A DNA stretch of 64,000 nt, from assembly GCA_002712885.1 (NCBI GenBank), contig PAUN01000021.1:45804-109803 (forward strand), written 5' to 3'. The notes beneath the pieces were generated by a model that was not told the origin of the DNA, ran no database searches, and saw only the letters and a list, made by a program, of their open reading frames with translations. Both the position numbers and the translations under genes were made by a program. Of the stretch, positions 55,858 to 64,000 are shown in pieces. This stretch comes from Acidobacteriota bacterium (GTDB taxonomy: Bacteria > Acidobacteriota > Vicinamibacteria > Vicinamibacterales > UBA8438). How positions within the stretch are numbered: position 1 is the stretch's first letter; each line of letters starts with the position of its first letter.

Positions 55858-58056
55858 CTACCGCGCGAGCGGATCAGGCCGCAGCTGGAAGTGGACGATC
55901 TTGCTCTTCGTGCCCTTCCCGCCTTCAGTGTGCCAAATGTAGTTGGAGCCGTAGTTGGCCCACAGCCCGCGTCCTTTCCAACCGGTGGACGCATCATCGA
56001 TCCGACCGTCGAGACCGCGCGAATAGAACGCCTGCGGATACGGCACCCGCAGCACGACCCATTCACCACTCTCCGGGTCCAGCGCGAGTAGCGAGTCAGA
56101 CGTCGACCCGTTGGCGACGGGGATGTTCTCGCCCATCCCGAGGGTGTTGTACTGATCGACCCAGCTGTAATAGTGAAAGTCGGCGCCGACGTCGCCCTCT
56201 ACCCCGGCCATCTTCGGCCCCGGCATCGGATACAGCGTCCACCCTTCGGCGCAGTGCTGTCCGGTAGCCGTGGGGCCATTGGTCACGGCGCACTTACTGC
56301 GATCGAAGCTGGCCATGTGACTGCTACCGGAGAGCGCGGCCCAAATAACGCCGTTGCGGTCCACATCGATGCCACGCGGCGAGAAGCCGGTTGTGGCCGG
56401 GTCGACACTCGAGTTTTCGATCGACGGTGGCTGGTACATCTCCGCGATACACGTCTCGGGCGGGTTGTCTCCACGATCGAGCCGCACGATCGCCCCCGGG
56501 AATGGCCTGGTCCGGCTGATCCACGCGGAGCCGTCAGTCGGATGCGCGATGATGCCATACCCGAATCCGGACACGCGCGTGTCCAGCGACGCGTCCGATT
56601 CCTCGGCCCTTGGCTCGTTCCACGGTTTCGTGATCTTCCCATCGCCGTTGGTATCGAGCACGGTGGGACACCATCCCTGAGCGAACTGCTCGTCACCGGT
56701 GCTGTCGTAGACGGCCGTATTCAGCCAGCCGACGACGTTCCCGTCACCGCTAAACCAGAGGGTGTCGTCCTCGTCCTCGCCGAACTGGAGGTGGTGCGTG
56801 CCGTAGCAAGTGTCCACGAGCACGAACTTTTCGCCGTCCGGGTCATAGTACGAAGCGTGCCGGCCCGTGCGCCCCACGGAATAATACTGAGCGTAGGGAT
56901 TGTCCGACCCCTCTCTGCACCAGTCGGGGTTCTGGAACTGACGCACCGTCGATGTCATCCAGACCCGGCCCTCGTGATCCATCATCGGGTTGTGCGGATC
57001 GGACCGCTCGTTGGCCCCGACGCCCCACAGTTCCTGGTCTCCCCAGTAGTAGGAGGCCGTTTGCACGTCCGGGAACCGAGTCGGCATCGTCTCGGGATCC
57101 GGTCGTACCGGAATGGTCAGCTCGACGGCCGAGTTCGCCACCGGGTCCACCATCGTGATGGTGCCATGCCCGGCCGACACCCCGTAGACCGGCCCGTAGC
57201 CGTTCATCTCCGGATTCCGCTTGTCGGTCACAATCTCGTCATGGATGAAGGACGTGTCCTGCCCCCAGTCCCACAATGTGACGACGACGTTCTGCTCGAG
57301 ACCATCGGGACGCGGTGGTGCCTCGGGGATGGCGCCGGAGGCAATGCGGTCGGTCCAGTCGGCGAACATCTCAAGCGCCGGCTCGCGACCGAACCGGTTC
57401 ATCGCGCCGCTCATCTGGTTGCCGCGCTGCCCGGTCTGCACCCGGTGATCCCAGGCAGCCACGGTTGAGTCGAACTCGTCCCGGTGCTGCACGACCCGCG
57501 TGGCGGTGTTACCAAGCTGATGACACAGCTGGCAGCCCTGCTTCATATTGTCGACCCACTGCGACTGGCTGCGCATGGCCGGATTGATACCGTTGCCGTC
57601 GTTCCCAGTGCCCGGGAATTCACTCGAGGCCGGGGGTTCAATCAGTGAATACCAATAGTTGCCGGGGTAGTACTGCGCGGCGTCACGCGGCGTCGGTGCA
57701 ATCGCGGCGGTCAAGGCCACGTCCTCCTGCCCTGTCGACAGCGTGACCTTCTCGGAATCGACGAGGCCGTAGCCTCGTACCCAGACGTCGTAGGACGCCT
57801 CGGGCATCTGCGGCAACACGAAACGGCCACTGTCATCGGTGACGACGATCTTGGCGAACTTCGTCTCGAGCTCTTCGGTCTCGGCGATGACCCAAACCCC
57901 GGCCTCGGGACCATTGTCACCGCTCACGGTGCCGGCAATGACGCCGTCGGGCATACCGCTCTGACGGGCGGTCGCGCCAACGCTCCAGATGGCCAATCCA
58001 GCCACCAGCAGTGCCACGAGCGTGAGTGAAAAACGTGGGCGGAATGCGTTACGCAT
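55858..58056 (-). CDS. secreted CarboxypepD_reg domain + single CxxCH haem-c motif + beta-propeller-like protein
   Basis: Signal/anchor, GVIAGTVSGDNGPEAGVWV...DDSGRFVLPQMPEASYDVWV (CarboxypepD_reg), then NMKQGCQLCHQLGN (CxxCH), then about 500 aa rich in W/G/D repeats. Start at ATG 58056 or 58095. Confidence 0.65.
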   Translation of the reverse strand: MRNAFRPRFSLTLVALLVAGLAIWSVGATARQSGMPDGVIAGTVSGDNGPEAGVWVIAETEELETKFAKIVVTDDSGRFVLPQMPEASYDVWVRGYGLVDSEKVTLSTGQEDVALTAAIAPTPRDAAQYYPGNYWYSLIEPPASSEFPGTGNDGNGINPAMRSQSQWVDNMKQGCQLCHQLGNTATRVVQHRDEFDSTVAAWDHRVQTGQRGNQMSGAMNRFGREPALEMFADWTDRIASGAIPEAPPRPDGLEQNVVVTLWDWGQDTSFIHDEIVTDKRNPEMNGYGPVYGVSAGHGTITMVDPVANSAVELTIPVRPDPETMPTRFPDVQTASYYWGDQELWGVGANERSDPHNPMMDHEGRVWMTSTVRQFQNPDWCREGSDNPYAQYYSVGRTGRHASYYDPDGEKFVLVDTCYGTHHLQFGEDEDDTLWFSGDGNVVGWLNTAVYDSTGDEQFAQGWCPTVLDTNGDGKITKPWNEPRAEESDASLDTRVSGFGYGIIAHPTDGSAWISRTRPFPGAIVRLDRGDNPPETCIAEMYQPPSIENSSVDPATTGFSPRGIDVDRNGVIWAALSGSSHMASFDRSKCAVTNGPTATGQHCAEGWTLYPMPGPKMAGVEGDVGADFHYYSWVDQYNTLGMGENIPVANGSTSDSLLALDPESGEWVVLRVPYPQAFYSRGLDGRIDDASTGWKGRGLWANYGSNYIWHTEGGKGTKSKIVHFQLRPDPLAR

Positions 58057-58200
58057 CTCTTCTGTGTCCTCCCCCGCACCCAGACTAATGCGCACCTATC
58101 CAAGACTTCGACGCGCTACGGATGCAGCTTGAGCGCTCACTTTACCCGAGGGGTCGCGGAGTGGTCAACGCCCGATCGTCCGATCCGCAAGAAAGTGGAC

Positions 58201-58229
58201 TTGGCGAGACCGTCGCGGTTCGGTATGAT
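58201..58229 (+). promoter_or_regulatory. candidate sigma70-type promoter for the act operon
   Basis: TTGGCG (58201-58206), 17-nt spacer, TATGAT (58224-58229), about 130 nt upstream of the actA start. Identified by motif inspection only. Confidence 0.3.
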
Positions 58230-58360
58230 CGCGTCCTTGTCCGCACAGGGGTACCCGCCCAACTTACCGTGTCCTGACTCGGCCTACGGATACGGCCCCG
58301 TGGGCCCAGACCGCTAGATACGACGCCGCCGCACGCAGACCACCCTTTCTCGCGAAGCGA

Positions 58361-58939
58361 ATGACTGTGCGCCCGAAGAACGCCCGGCCGGCCACGCTCA
58401 CGCTGACGTGTGCGTTGGCCCTGTTTCTCGGCACCGGGGCATACACGCTGTTCGGTGCGCAGCCGGTGGCGCCGGACGCACCGGGAGCCAGCGCCGAGAT
58501 CGAGACGGATCCAGGGCCGGTCGACCCGATGGCGCAGCCTATCGACTTCAGTCACGCGCACCACGTGACCGAAGTCGGGATCGACTGTCAGTTCTGCCAC
58601 GCGTACGCGCGCCGCGGACCAGTCGCCGGCATTCCGTCGGTACAACGGTGTGCCGGATGCCACCAAACGGTGCTCAGCGAACAGCCAGAAATCGTCAAAG
58701 TGCTGGAGTACTGGGACAACAAGGAACCGATCCCCTGGCTCAGGGTCCATGACTTGCCGGACCACGTGCGGTTCTCGCACAAACCGCACATCCGAGCCGG
58801 CGTCAGCTGCGCCGACTGCCACGGGAACGTGGCCGCTATGGAAGCGGCCGTGCAGGTCGAGTCGCTCAGTATGGGTTGGTGTCTCGATTGCCACAAGGAA
58901 CGCGAGGCCAGCCGCGATTGTCTCGCATGCCACTATTAA
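58361..58939 (+). CDS. actA: alternative complex III subunit ActA (pentahaem cytochrome c)
   Basis: Five CxxCH motifs are present (CQFCH, CAGCH, CADCH, CLDCH, CLACH) with an N-terminal anchor. It is the first gene of the actABCDE order. Confidence 0.85.
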   Translation: MTVRPKNARPATLTLTCALALFLGTGAYTLFGAQPVAPDAPGASAEIETDPGPVDPMAQPIDFSHAHHVTEVGIDCQFCHAYARRGPVAGIPSVQRCAGCHQTVLSEQPEIVKVLEYWDNKEPIPWLRVHDLPDHVRFSHKPHIRAGVSCADCHGNVAAMEAAVQVESLSMGWCLDCHKEREASRDCLACHY

Positions 58940-59024
58940 GTCGCCGCGCCGGCCACAAGCCATCTGCCGGGTCCACGGACCCGTGGCACCAGCGTCGGGC
59001 GCAACTGTTCGGGGGAAGGGTCGC

Positions 59025-62000
59025 GTGAAGCAGGACAACTCATCGCTTGTCGAGGTCGTCGAACGGCGAACGTTCCTGAAGGTCCTAGGCAGCGCCGGAC
59101 CCGCCATGGCGATCTCCGCCTGTTCGCCGGTACCGCCGGAAAAGATCATCCCGTTCGTCACCCCCCCTGAGGACGTCATTCCGGGTGTCGCCACCTGGTA
59201 TGCCAGTGTGTGCGGCGAATGCCCGGCCGGATGCGGCACGCTGGTACGAACCCGTGAAGGTCGCGCAGTGAAGGTGGAGGGCAACCCGGAGCACCCTGTC
59301 AACCGGGGTGGGCTGTGCGTCCGCGGACAGTCATCGCTGCAGGGCCTGTACAACCCGGACCGGATTCCCGGACCGCAACGCCGACGGGTCACCAACGCGG
59401 CCGCGGGCCAGAGCGTGTTGGAGACGTTGCCCTGGGACGATGCCCAGCAGGAATTGATTGACCGGGTACAGACGCTTCGAGACGCGGGCCGCGGGGACCG
59501 GATCGTGGTCATCACGCCCCCACTGACCGGCACGATGGCCGCACTGACGTCGGCCTGGGTGGAGGCCCTCGGCGGGGCCCGCTGGATCCGCTACGAGCCG
59601 TTCGCCTACGAGGCGATCCGTGAGTCCAATCAGCAACTCTTCGGACGTGCGGAGGTGCCGCGTTACGACTTCGCGAACGCCGACTGTCTCATCTCGTTCG
59701 GCGCGGACTTCCTCGAAACGTTCAGTTCTCCCGTCGGTTACGCACGTGATCACGCCGGACAACGCCGTGTCCGCAACGGCGAGAAGGCGCGGTTCGTGCA
59801 GATCGAACCACGTCTCTCCATGACCGGGGCCAGCGCCGACGAGTGGCACGCGGTGTCTCCAGAGACCGAGGGTCTAGTGGCCGCGGCCATGGTCCAGACC
59901 ATCATCGGCGAACAACGCGCGCAAGGGGTGCCCCTGGAGACACAGGCACAGATCGCCGCCCTGGTCGCGTCCACCTCACCTGAGCGTGTTGCGGCCACGT
60001 CCGGGCTGTCAGCCGACACCATTCGCACACTGGCCCGAGAGTTCTCGGACCCGGCACGCGGTCCGGGACGCAGTCTCGCGGTGGGCGGAGGCGTCGGTGT
60101 GTCCGGAACCAATGCGACGGCGGCACAGTCGGCGGTCACACTGCTCAACTATGTCGCAGGCAACATTGGTTCCACCGTCGACTTCGGCGCGGCCTCGACC
60201 CTCGATGCGTCCACTTACGCCGACATGCGGGCACTCGGAGAGTCGATGCGCAGCGGTGCGGTCGAGCTCGCGGTCATCTACAACGTGAATCCGGTTTTCT
60301 CGATGCCGGGCGAGGCCGACTTCGCGGGGGCGCTAGCCGACGTGCCGTTCGTCATCAGCCTGTCGAGCCTGCCGGACGAGACGACCAGGCACTCCGATCT
60401 CCTGCTTCCCACGCACACGCCTCTCGAATCGTGGGGCGACAGCAATCCACAGCGTGGGGTCTACGGACTCCTGCAGCCAACCATGCAGCCGGTCTTCGAC
60501 ACCCGCCATGCCGGCGACCTGATGATCGCGGTGGGGCGAGCGCTGGGGGGCAATACCGCGGCCAATTTTCCGAGGCGGGGCGGGTTCTACCGGTATCTCC
60601 GTGACACATGGGAGGCCATGCAGCCGGTGCCGGAACCGGTGACGGACGCGACCGACGTCGAAGCCGAGACCGCGGCCGAGGAACCCGATTTCGAGTCCTA
60701 CTGGGCCGACGCATTACGTCGAGGCGGCACGACCGTCGCAGTCGCGCCGGTCGCGGTGGAGCTCCGGCCTGGGGTCTTCGAGACCGATCTGGCTGGGGCA
60801 CTGTCGCCGCCAAGCCCGTCATCACGGTCACACGTCTTGGTCGCCTACCCATCGCTGCACTTCTTCGACGGTCGAGGGGCGAATCGTCCCTGGCTCCAGG
60901 AAATTCCGGAACCGTTACTCAAGACCACCTGGGGCACCGGGATCGAAATGACGGCCGAGACGGCGAACGCCATCGGCGCCGAAGAAGGGCAGCTCGTCGC
61001 GGTCGAGTCAGACCATGGGCAGGTGGACGCGAGCGTCCTCATCAACCCTCATCTGGCCAACGGAGTAGTGGCGATGGCGATCGGACAGGGCCACACCCAC
61101 TTCGGACGCTACGCGGATGGTCGAGGGGTGAACCCGATTGCGCTGCTCTCAGCCGAGCCGGAGACCGGTTCGGGTGGGGTGCAATGGACCGGCACCGGCG
61201 TCGACCTGACCGCCCGCGATCTCGCCCGGCCAATTCCACGGCTGCAGCGCGCCTTCGACCAGGAGGGTCGCGAGATGGCCCAATCGGTGTCTCTCGCGGC
61301 CCTGGTGGCCGGCGACGTCCATCCGGAAGAGGCGCACTTCAGCCTGCACGAAGACCACGAGCACCCGGTGCATCGCTGGGGCATGTCCATCGACCTCGAC
61401 GCGTGCAATGGATGCAACGCCTGCGTGGCCGCGTGTTATGCCGAGAACAACGTCCCGGTGATGGGCGCCGACCGTATGCGGCGCGGCCGCACCATGTCGT
61501 GGCTGCGTATCGAGCGCTTCGAGGAGTCGGGCGCCGGCGGCGACGGACCGGACAACCGATTCCTCCCGATGCTGTGCCAGCACTGCGACCACGCGCCCTG
61601 CGAGACGGTCTGTCCTGTCTTCGCCACCTACCACACGGACGAAGGCCTGAACGCGCAGGTCTACAACCGCTGCGTCGGCACCCGTTATTGTGCGAACAAC
61701 TGTCCGTACAAGGTGCGCCGCTTCAACTGGTCCCTTCCGGAATTCGAGGCGCCGCTCAATTTGCAGCTCAACCCGGACGTCACCGGTCGCAGCGACGGCG
61801 TCATGGAGAAATGCACCTTCTGTGTGCAACGCATCCAAGCCGGAAAAGAGACCGCGCGGGACGAAAACCGGTCCGTGCAGGACGGCGACGTGACCACAGC
61901 GTGCGAGCAGAGCTGCCCGGCCCAGGCCATCGTGTTCGGGGACTTGAATGACCCGGGGAGCCGGGTGTCACAGCTGAGTAACGACGCCCGCGGCTACCAC

Positions 62001-62066
62001 GCACTCGCCGAGGTCAACACGCGGTCGGCGGTGACCTATCTGAAGAAAGTCACGCCCGACGCCTGA
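59025..62066 (+). CDS. actB: alternative complex III subunit ActB (fused molybdopterin-oxidoreductase-like B1 + 4Fe-4S ferredoxin B2)
   Basis: Tat motif ERRTFLK follows GTG 59025. CGECPAGCG...GGLCVRGQ is the N-terminal FeS site, and the C-terminal clusters are CNGCNACVAACYAENN, CQHCDHAPCETVCP, CVGTRYCANNCPYKVRRFN and CTFCVQRI. The track ORF start at 58650 overlaps actA and was rejected. Confidence 0.88.
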   Translation: MKQDNSSLVEVVERRTFLKVLGSAGPAMAISACSPVPPEKIIPFVTPPEDVIPGVATWYASVCGECPAGCGTLVRTREGRAVKVEGNPEHPVNRGGLCVRGQSSLQGLYNPDRIPGPQRRRVTNAAAGQSVLETLPWDDAQQELIDRVQTLRDAGRGDRIVVITPPLTGTMAALTSAWVEALGGARWIRYEPFAYEAIRESNQQLFGRAEVPRYDFANADCLISFGADFLETFSSPVGYARDHAGQRRVRNGEKARFVQIEPRLSMTGASADEWHAVSPETEGLVAAAMVQTIIGEQRAQGVPLETQAQIAALVASTSPERVAATSGLSADTIRTLAREFSDPARGPGRSLAVGGGVGVSGTNATAAQSAVTLLNYVAGNIGSTVDFGAASTLDASTYADMRALGESMRSGAVELAVIYNVNPVFSMPGEADFAGALADVPFVISLSSLPDETTRHSDLLLPTHTPLESWGDSNPQRGVYGLLQPTMQPVFDTRHAGDLMIAVGRALGGNTAANFPRRGGFYRYLRDTWEAMQPVPEPVTDATDVEAETAAEEPDFESYWADALRRGGTTVAVAPVAVELRPGVFETDLAGALSPPSPSSRSHVLVAYPSLHFFDGRGANRPWLQEIPEPLLKTTWGTGIEMTAETANAIGAEEGQLVAVESDHGQVDASVLINPHLANGVVAMAIGQGHTHFGRYADGRGVNPIALLSAEPETGSGGVQWTGTGVDLTARDLARPIPRLQRAFDQEGREMAQSVSLAALVAGDVHPEEAHFSLHEDHEHPVHRWGMSIDLDACNGCNACVAACYAENNVPVMGADRMRRGRTMSWLRIERFEESGAGGDGPDNRFLPMLCQHCDHAPCETVCPVFATYHTDEGLNAQVYNRCVGTRYCANNCPYKVRRFNWSLPEFEAPLNLQLNPDVTGRSDGVMEKCTFCVQRIQAGKETARDENRSVQDGDVTTACEQSCPAQAIVFGDLNDPGSRVSQLSNDARGYHALAEVNTRSAVTYLKKVTPDA

Positions 62067-62092
62067 CCGGGCCCCGATCGATACACCGTGTC

Positions 62093-63427
62093 ATGAGTTT
62101 CGCGAAAATCAACGACGACATCCTGCGCACGCTCCGCGCCCCCGGCCCCATGTGGTACGGGGGTGTGCTGCTCGCGCTATTGGCGGCGCTGGTCGGACTC
62201 TTCGCCTTTCTCTACCAAGCCAGGACCGGCCTCGGGGTCGCGGGCTACGAGCACCCGATTCTGTGGGGCATCTACATCACCGACTTCGTGTTCTGGGTCG
62301 GGATCGCCCATTCAGGCACCCTGATCTCGGCTGTCCTCTTCCTGTTCCGCGCTCGCTGGCGGACGGCCGTGGCCCGTGCCGCCGAGGCGATGACCGTGTT
62401 CGCGGTCATGACCGCCGGAGTGTTTCCGATCATCCACATCGGACGTCCGTGGTTCTTCTACTGGCTCATCCCGTATCCCAACGAGCGACAGCTCTGGGTC
62501 AACTTCCGGTCTCCGCTCGTCTGGGACCTGTTTGCGATTTCGACCTACCTGACGGTGAGCGTGATGTTCCTGTATTTGGGCCTGATGCCGGATATCGCCG
62601 CCGCGCGGGACCGGGTCAAAGACTGGCGCCAGCCCATCTACAAAGTGCTCGCGCTCGGGTGGCGCGGCACCAGCCGACAATGGCAGCACCATACGGCGCT
62701 CTACGCGTTCTTCGCCGCTCTGGCGACGCCGCTGGTGGTCTCCGTGCACAGTGTCGTGTCCTGGGACTTCGCCATGGCGATTCTCCCGGGGTGGCACAGC
62801 ACTATTTTCGCGCCCTATTTCGTCGCCGGCGCCATCTTCTCCGGCATCGCGATGGTGATCACGTTGCTCCTGCCGCTTCGGCGCATCTTCAAGTTCGAGC
62901 GCTACATCACCGTCCACCACTTCGAGAACCTCGCGAAGCTAATGCTGACCACGTCGCTGATCGTCGGCTACGCGTATCTCACCGAATTCTTCGTCGCCTG
63001 GTACAGCGGCAACCCGTTCGAGCAGGGCACCTTCTACGACCGCATGTTCGGCCAGTATTGGGGCTATAGCTGGATGATGTTCACCTGCAATGTGATCCTG
63101 CCGTTGCTACTGTTCATCAAGTCATTCCGGACGAATCTGAAGGCACTGTTCGTACTGTCGATTTTCGTCAATATCGGGATGTGGCTGGAACGCTACGTCA
63201 TCATCGTGACGTCGCTGTCACATGACTTCGACCCAGCCAACTGGGCCGGCGTCTATCAACCGACCTGGGTCGAGGCGGCAATCACGATCGGCTCGTTCGG
63301 TTTGTTCTTCACCCTGTTCCTCCTATTCATTAAGAACTTCCCGGCGCTGTCCATTACCGAAATGAAGGAAACGATGGATCGGAAGGCCGAGGCGAAACCG
63401 GCCGCGTCCTGGCCAGAACCGGTCTAG
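62093..63427 (+). CDS. actC: alternative complex III subunit ActC (NrfD/PsrC-like quinol-interacting membrane subunit)
   Basis: 444-aa, roughly 10-TM protein with NrfD-like WGIYITDFVFWVGIAHSGTLISA. Positioned after actB. Confidence 0.85.
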   Translation: MSFAKINDDILRTLRAPGPMWYGGVLLALLAALVGLFAFLYQARTGLGVAGYEHPILWGIYITDFVFWVGIAHSGTLISAVLFLFRARWRTAVARAAEAMTVFAVMTAGVFPIIHIGRPWFFYWLIPYPNERQLWVNFRSPLVWDLFAISTYLTVSVMFLYLGLMPDIAAARDRVKDWRQPIYKVLALGWRGTSRQWQHHTALYAFFAALATPLVVSVHSVVSWDFAMAILPGWHSTIFAPYFVAGAIFSGIAMVITLLLPLRRIFKFERYITVHHFENLAKLMLTTSLIVGYAYLTEFFVAWYSGNPFEQGTFYDRMFGQYWGYSWMMFTCNVILPLLLFIKSFRTNLKALFVLSIFVNIGMWLERYVIIVTSLSHDFDPANWAGVYQPTWVEAAITIGSFGLFFTLFLLFIKNFPALSITEMKETMDRKAEAKPAASWPEPV

Positions 63428-63431
63428 CGCC

Positions 63432-63935
63432 ATGGCAGACACGAAGCAGATTCTCGGCATCTTCGACCACGGCACCCAGGCCGCCGACGGGGCGCGCGCC
63501 ATTCTCGATGGTGGTCTGGGCGACGTGGTCGCCTATTCACCGGTGCCCGACCACGCCATCGACCAGGTCCTCCACGTCCGGGTAAGCCCAGTCCGGCTGT
63601 TTGTGCTCATGGGCGGATTGCTGGGATGTGCCACGGGGTTCCTGTTTCCGATCTATACAGTCCTCGACTGGCCCCTGATCACCGGCGGGAAGCCGCTGAT
63701 CTCCATTCCGCCGTTTGTGGTGATCGCATTCGAGCTGACCATCCTGTTTGGCGCGCTCGGCGGGATGGCCTCGTTTCTGTGGTTGTCTGGGCTTCCTCGC
63801 GTGACCGGAGAGCCGGCGCCGGACGATCGCTTCACAAACGATATGAACGGCATCAGTGTCACCTGTCTCCCGGAAGACACCGACGCCGTGCGCGCCACTC
63901 TCGAGCGGCACGGCGCCAATGAGGTCAAGGGATGA
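63432..63935 (+). CDS. actD: alternative complex III subunit ActD (DUF3341-type membrane protein)
   Basis: 167 aa with two central TM helices. Position and size fit ActD. ATGA overlap with the next ORF. Confidence 0.75.
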   Translation: MADTKQILGIFDHGTQAADGARAILDGGLGDVVAYSPVPDHAIDQVLHVRVSPVRLFVLMGGLLGCATGFLFPIYTVLDWPLITGGKPLISIPPFVVIAFELTILFGALGGMASFLWLSGLPRVTGEPAPDDRFTNDMNGISVTCLPEDTDAVRATLERHGANEVKG

Positions 63936-64000
63936 CGAGACCGACGCATCGGGCCTGGCTGCTCGCCCTCATGCTGACGATGGGCAGCACCGTCGCGCTC
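63932..64000 (+). CDS. actE: probable ActE (monohaem cytochrome c subunit), 5' fragment running off the window
   Basis: ATG 63932 overlaps the actD stop. It translates to MTRPTHRAWLLALMLTMGSTVAL, a signal/anchor. Identity is inferred from operon position only. Confidence 0.45.
   Translation, partial: MTRPTHRAWLLALMLTMGSTVAL

Noticed and set aside
56173-57468. 431-aa ORF on the plus strand
   Set aside because: It is antisense to the haem/propeller protein gene.
58650-59024. N-terminal 125-codon extension of the actB track ORF. Similar 5' extensions occur at 5035, 21736, 22467, 47477, 53345, 11542 and 37994.
   Set aside because: The extensions overlap neighbouring genes and are Arg-rich. Internal starts followed by signal, Tat or lipobox sequences give sensible proteins, so the starts were moved.
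58142-59533. 463-aa ORF on the minus strand, and likewise 60608-61951 (+, out of frame within actB)
   Set aside because: Both overlap actA/actB, which carry unambiguous CxxCH and FeS motifs in their own frames.

Overview
High-GC (roughly two-thirds G+C by eye) bacterial chromosomal segment. Gene content suggests Acidobacteriota or Gemmatimonadota: CarboxypepD_reg-type TonB receptor, many secreted peptidases, and an alternative complex III operon. I support about 50 protein genes. They include frc, panE, fbaB, ettA, dinB (Pol IV), rsgA, queG, yqgE, lpxB, lpxD and two gamma-glutamyltransferase paralogues. Also present are M4, M16 (x2), M19, M23, S9 and S51 peptidases, a TAXI-TRAP transporter, an MsbA-like ABC exporter, and actABCD plus the start of actE at the right edge. 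I saw no rRNA, tRNA, CRISPR array, transposase, integrase or recognisable defence system, so this looks like core chromosome rather than an island. Two observations go beyond the ORF track. (1) An ArsC/Spx/YffB-family gene (39018-39359, minus) carries an in-frame TGA exactly at the first Cys of its CxxC motif. It has a strong Shine-Dalgarno site and a SECIS-like hairpin just downstream, making it a candidate U-x-x-C selenoprotein that the track reports only as a truncated 90-aa ORF. (2) A family of ~105-bp palindromic intergenic repeats, with related shorter modules, lies against the stop codon of the upstream gene, always in the same orientation, and shows compensatory changes in its stems. 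Many long ORFs in the track are antisense artefacts of high GC and were rejected.
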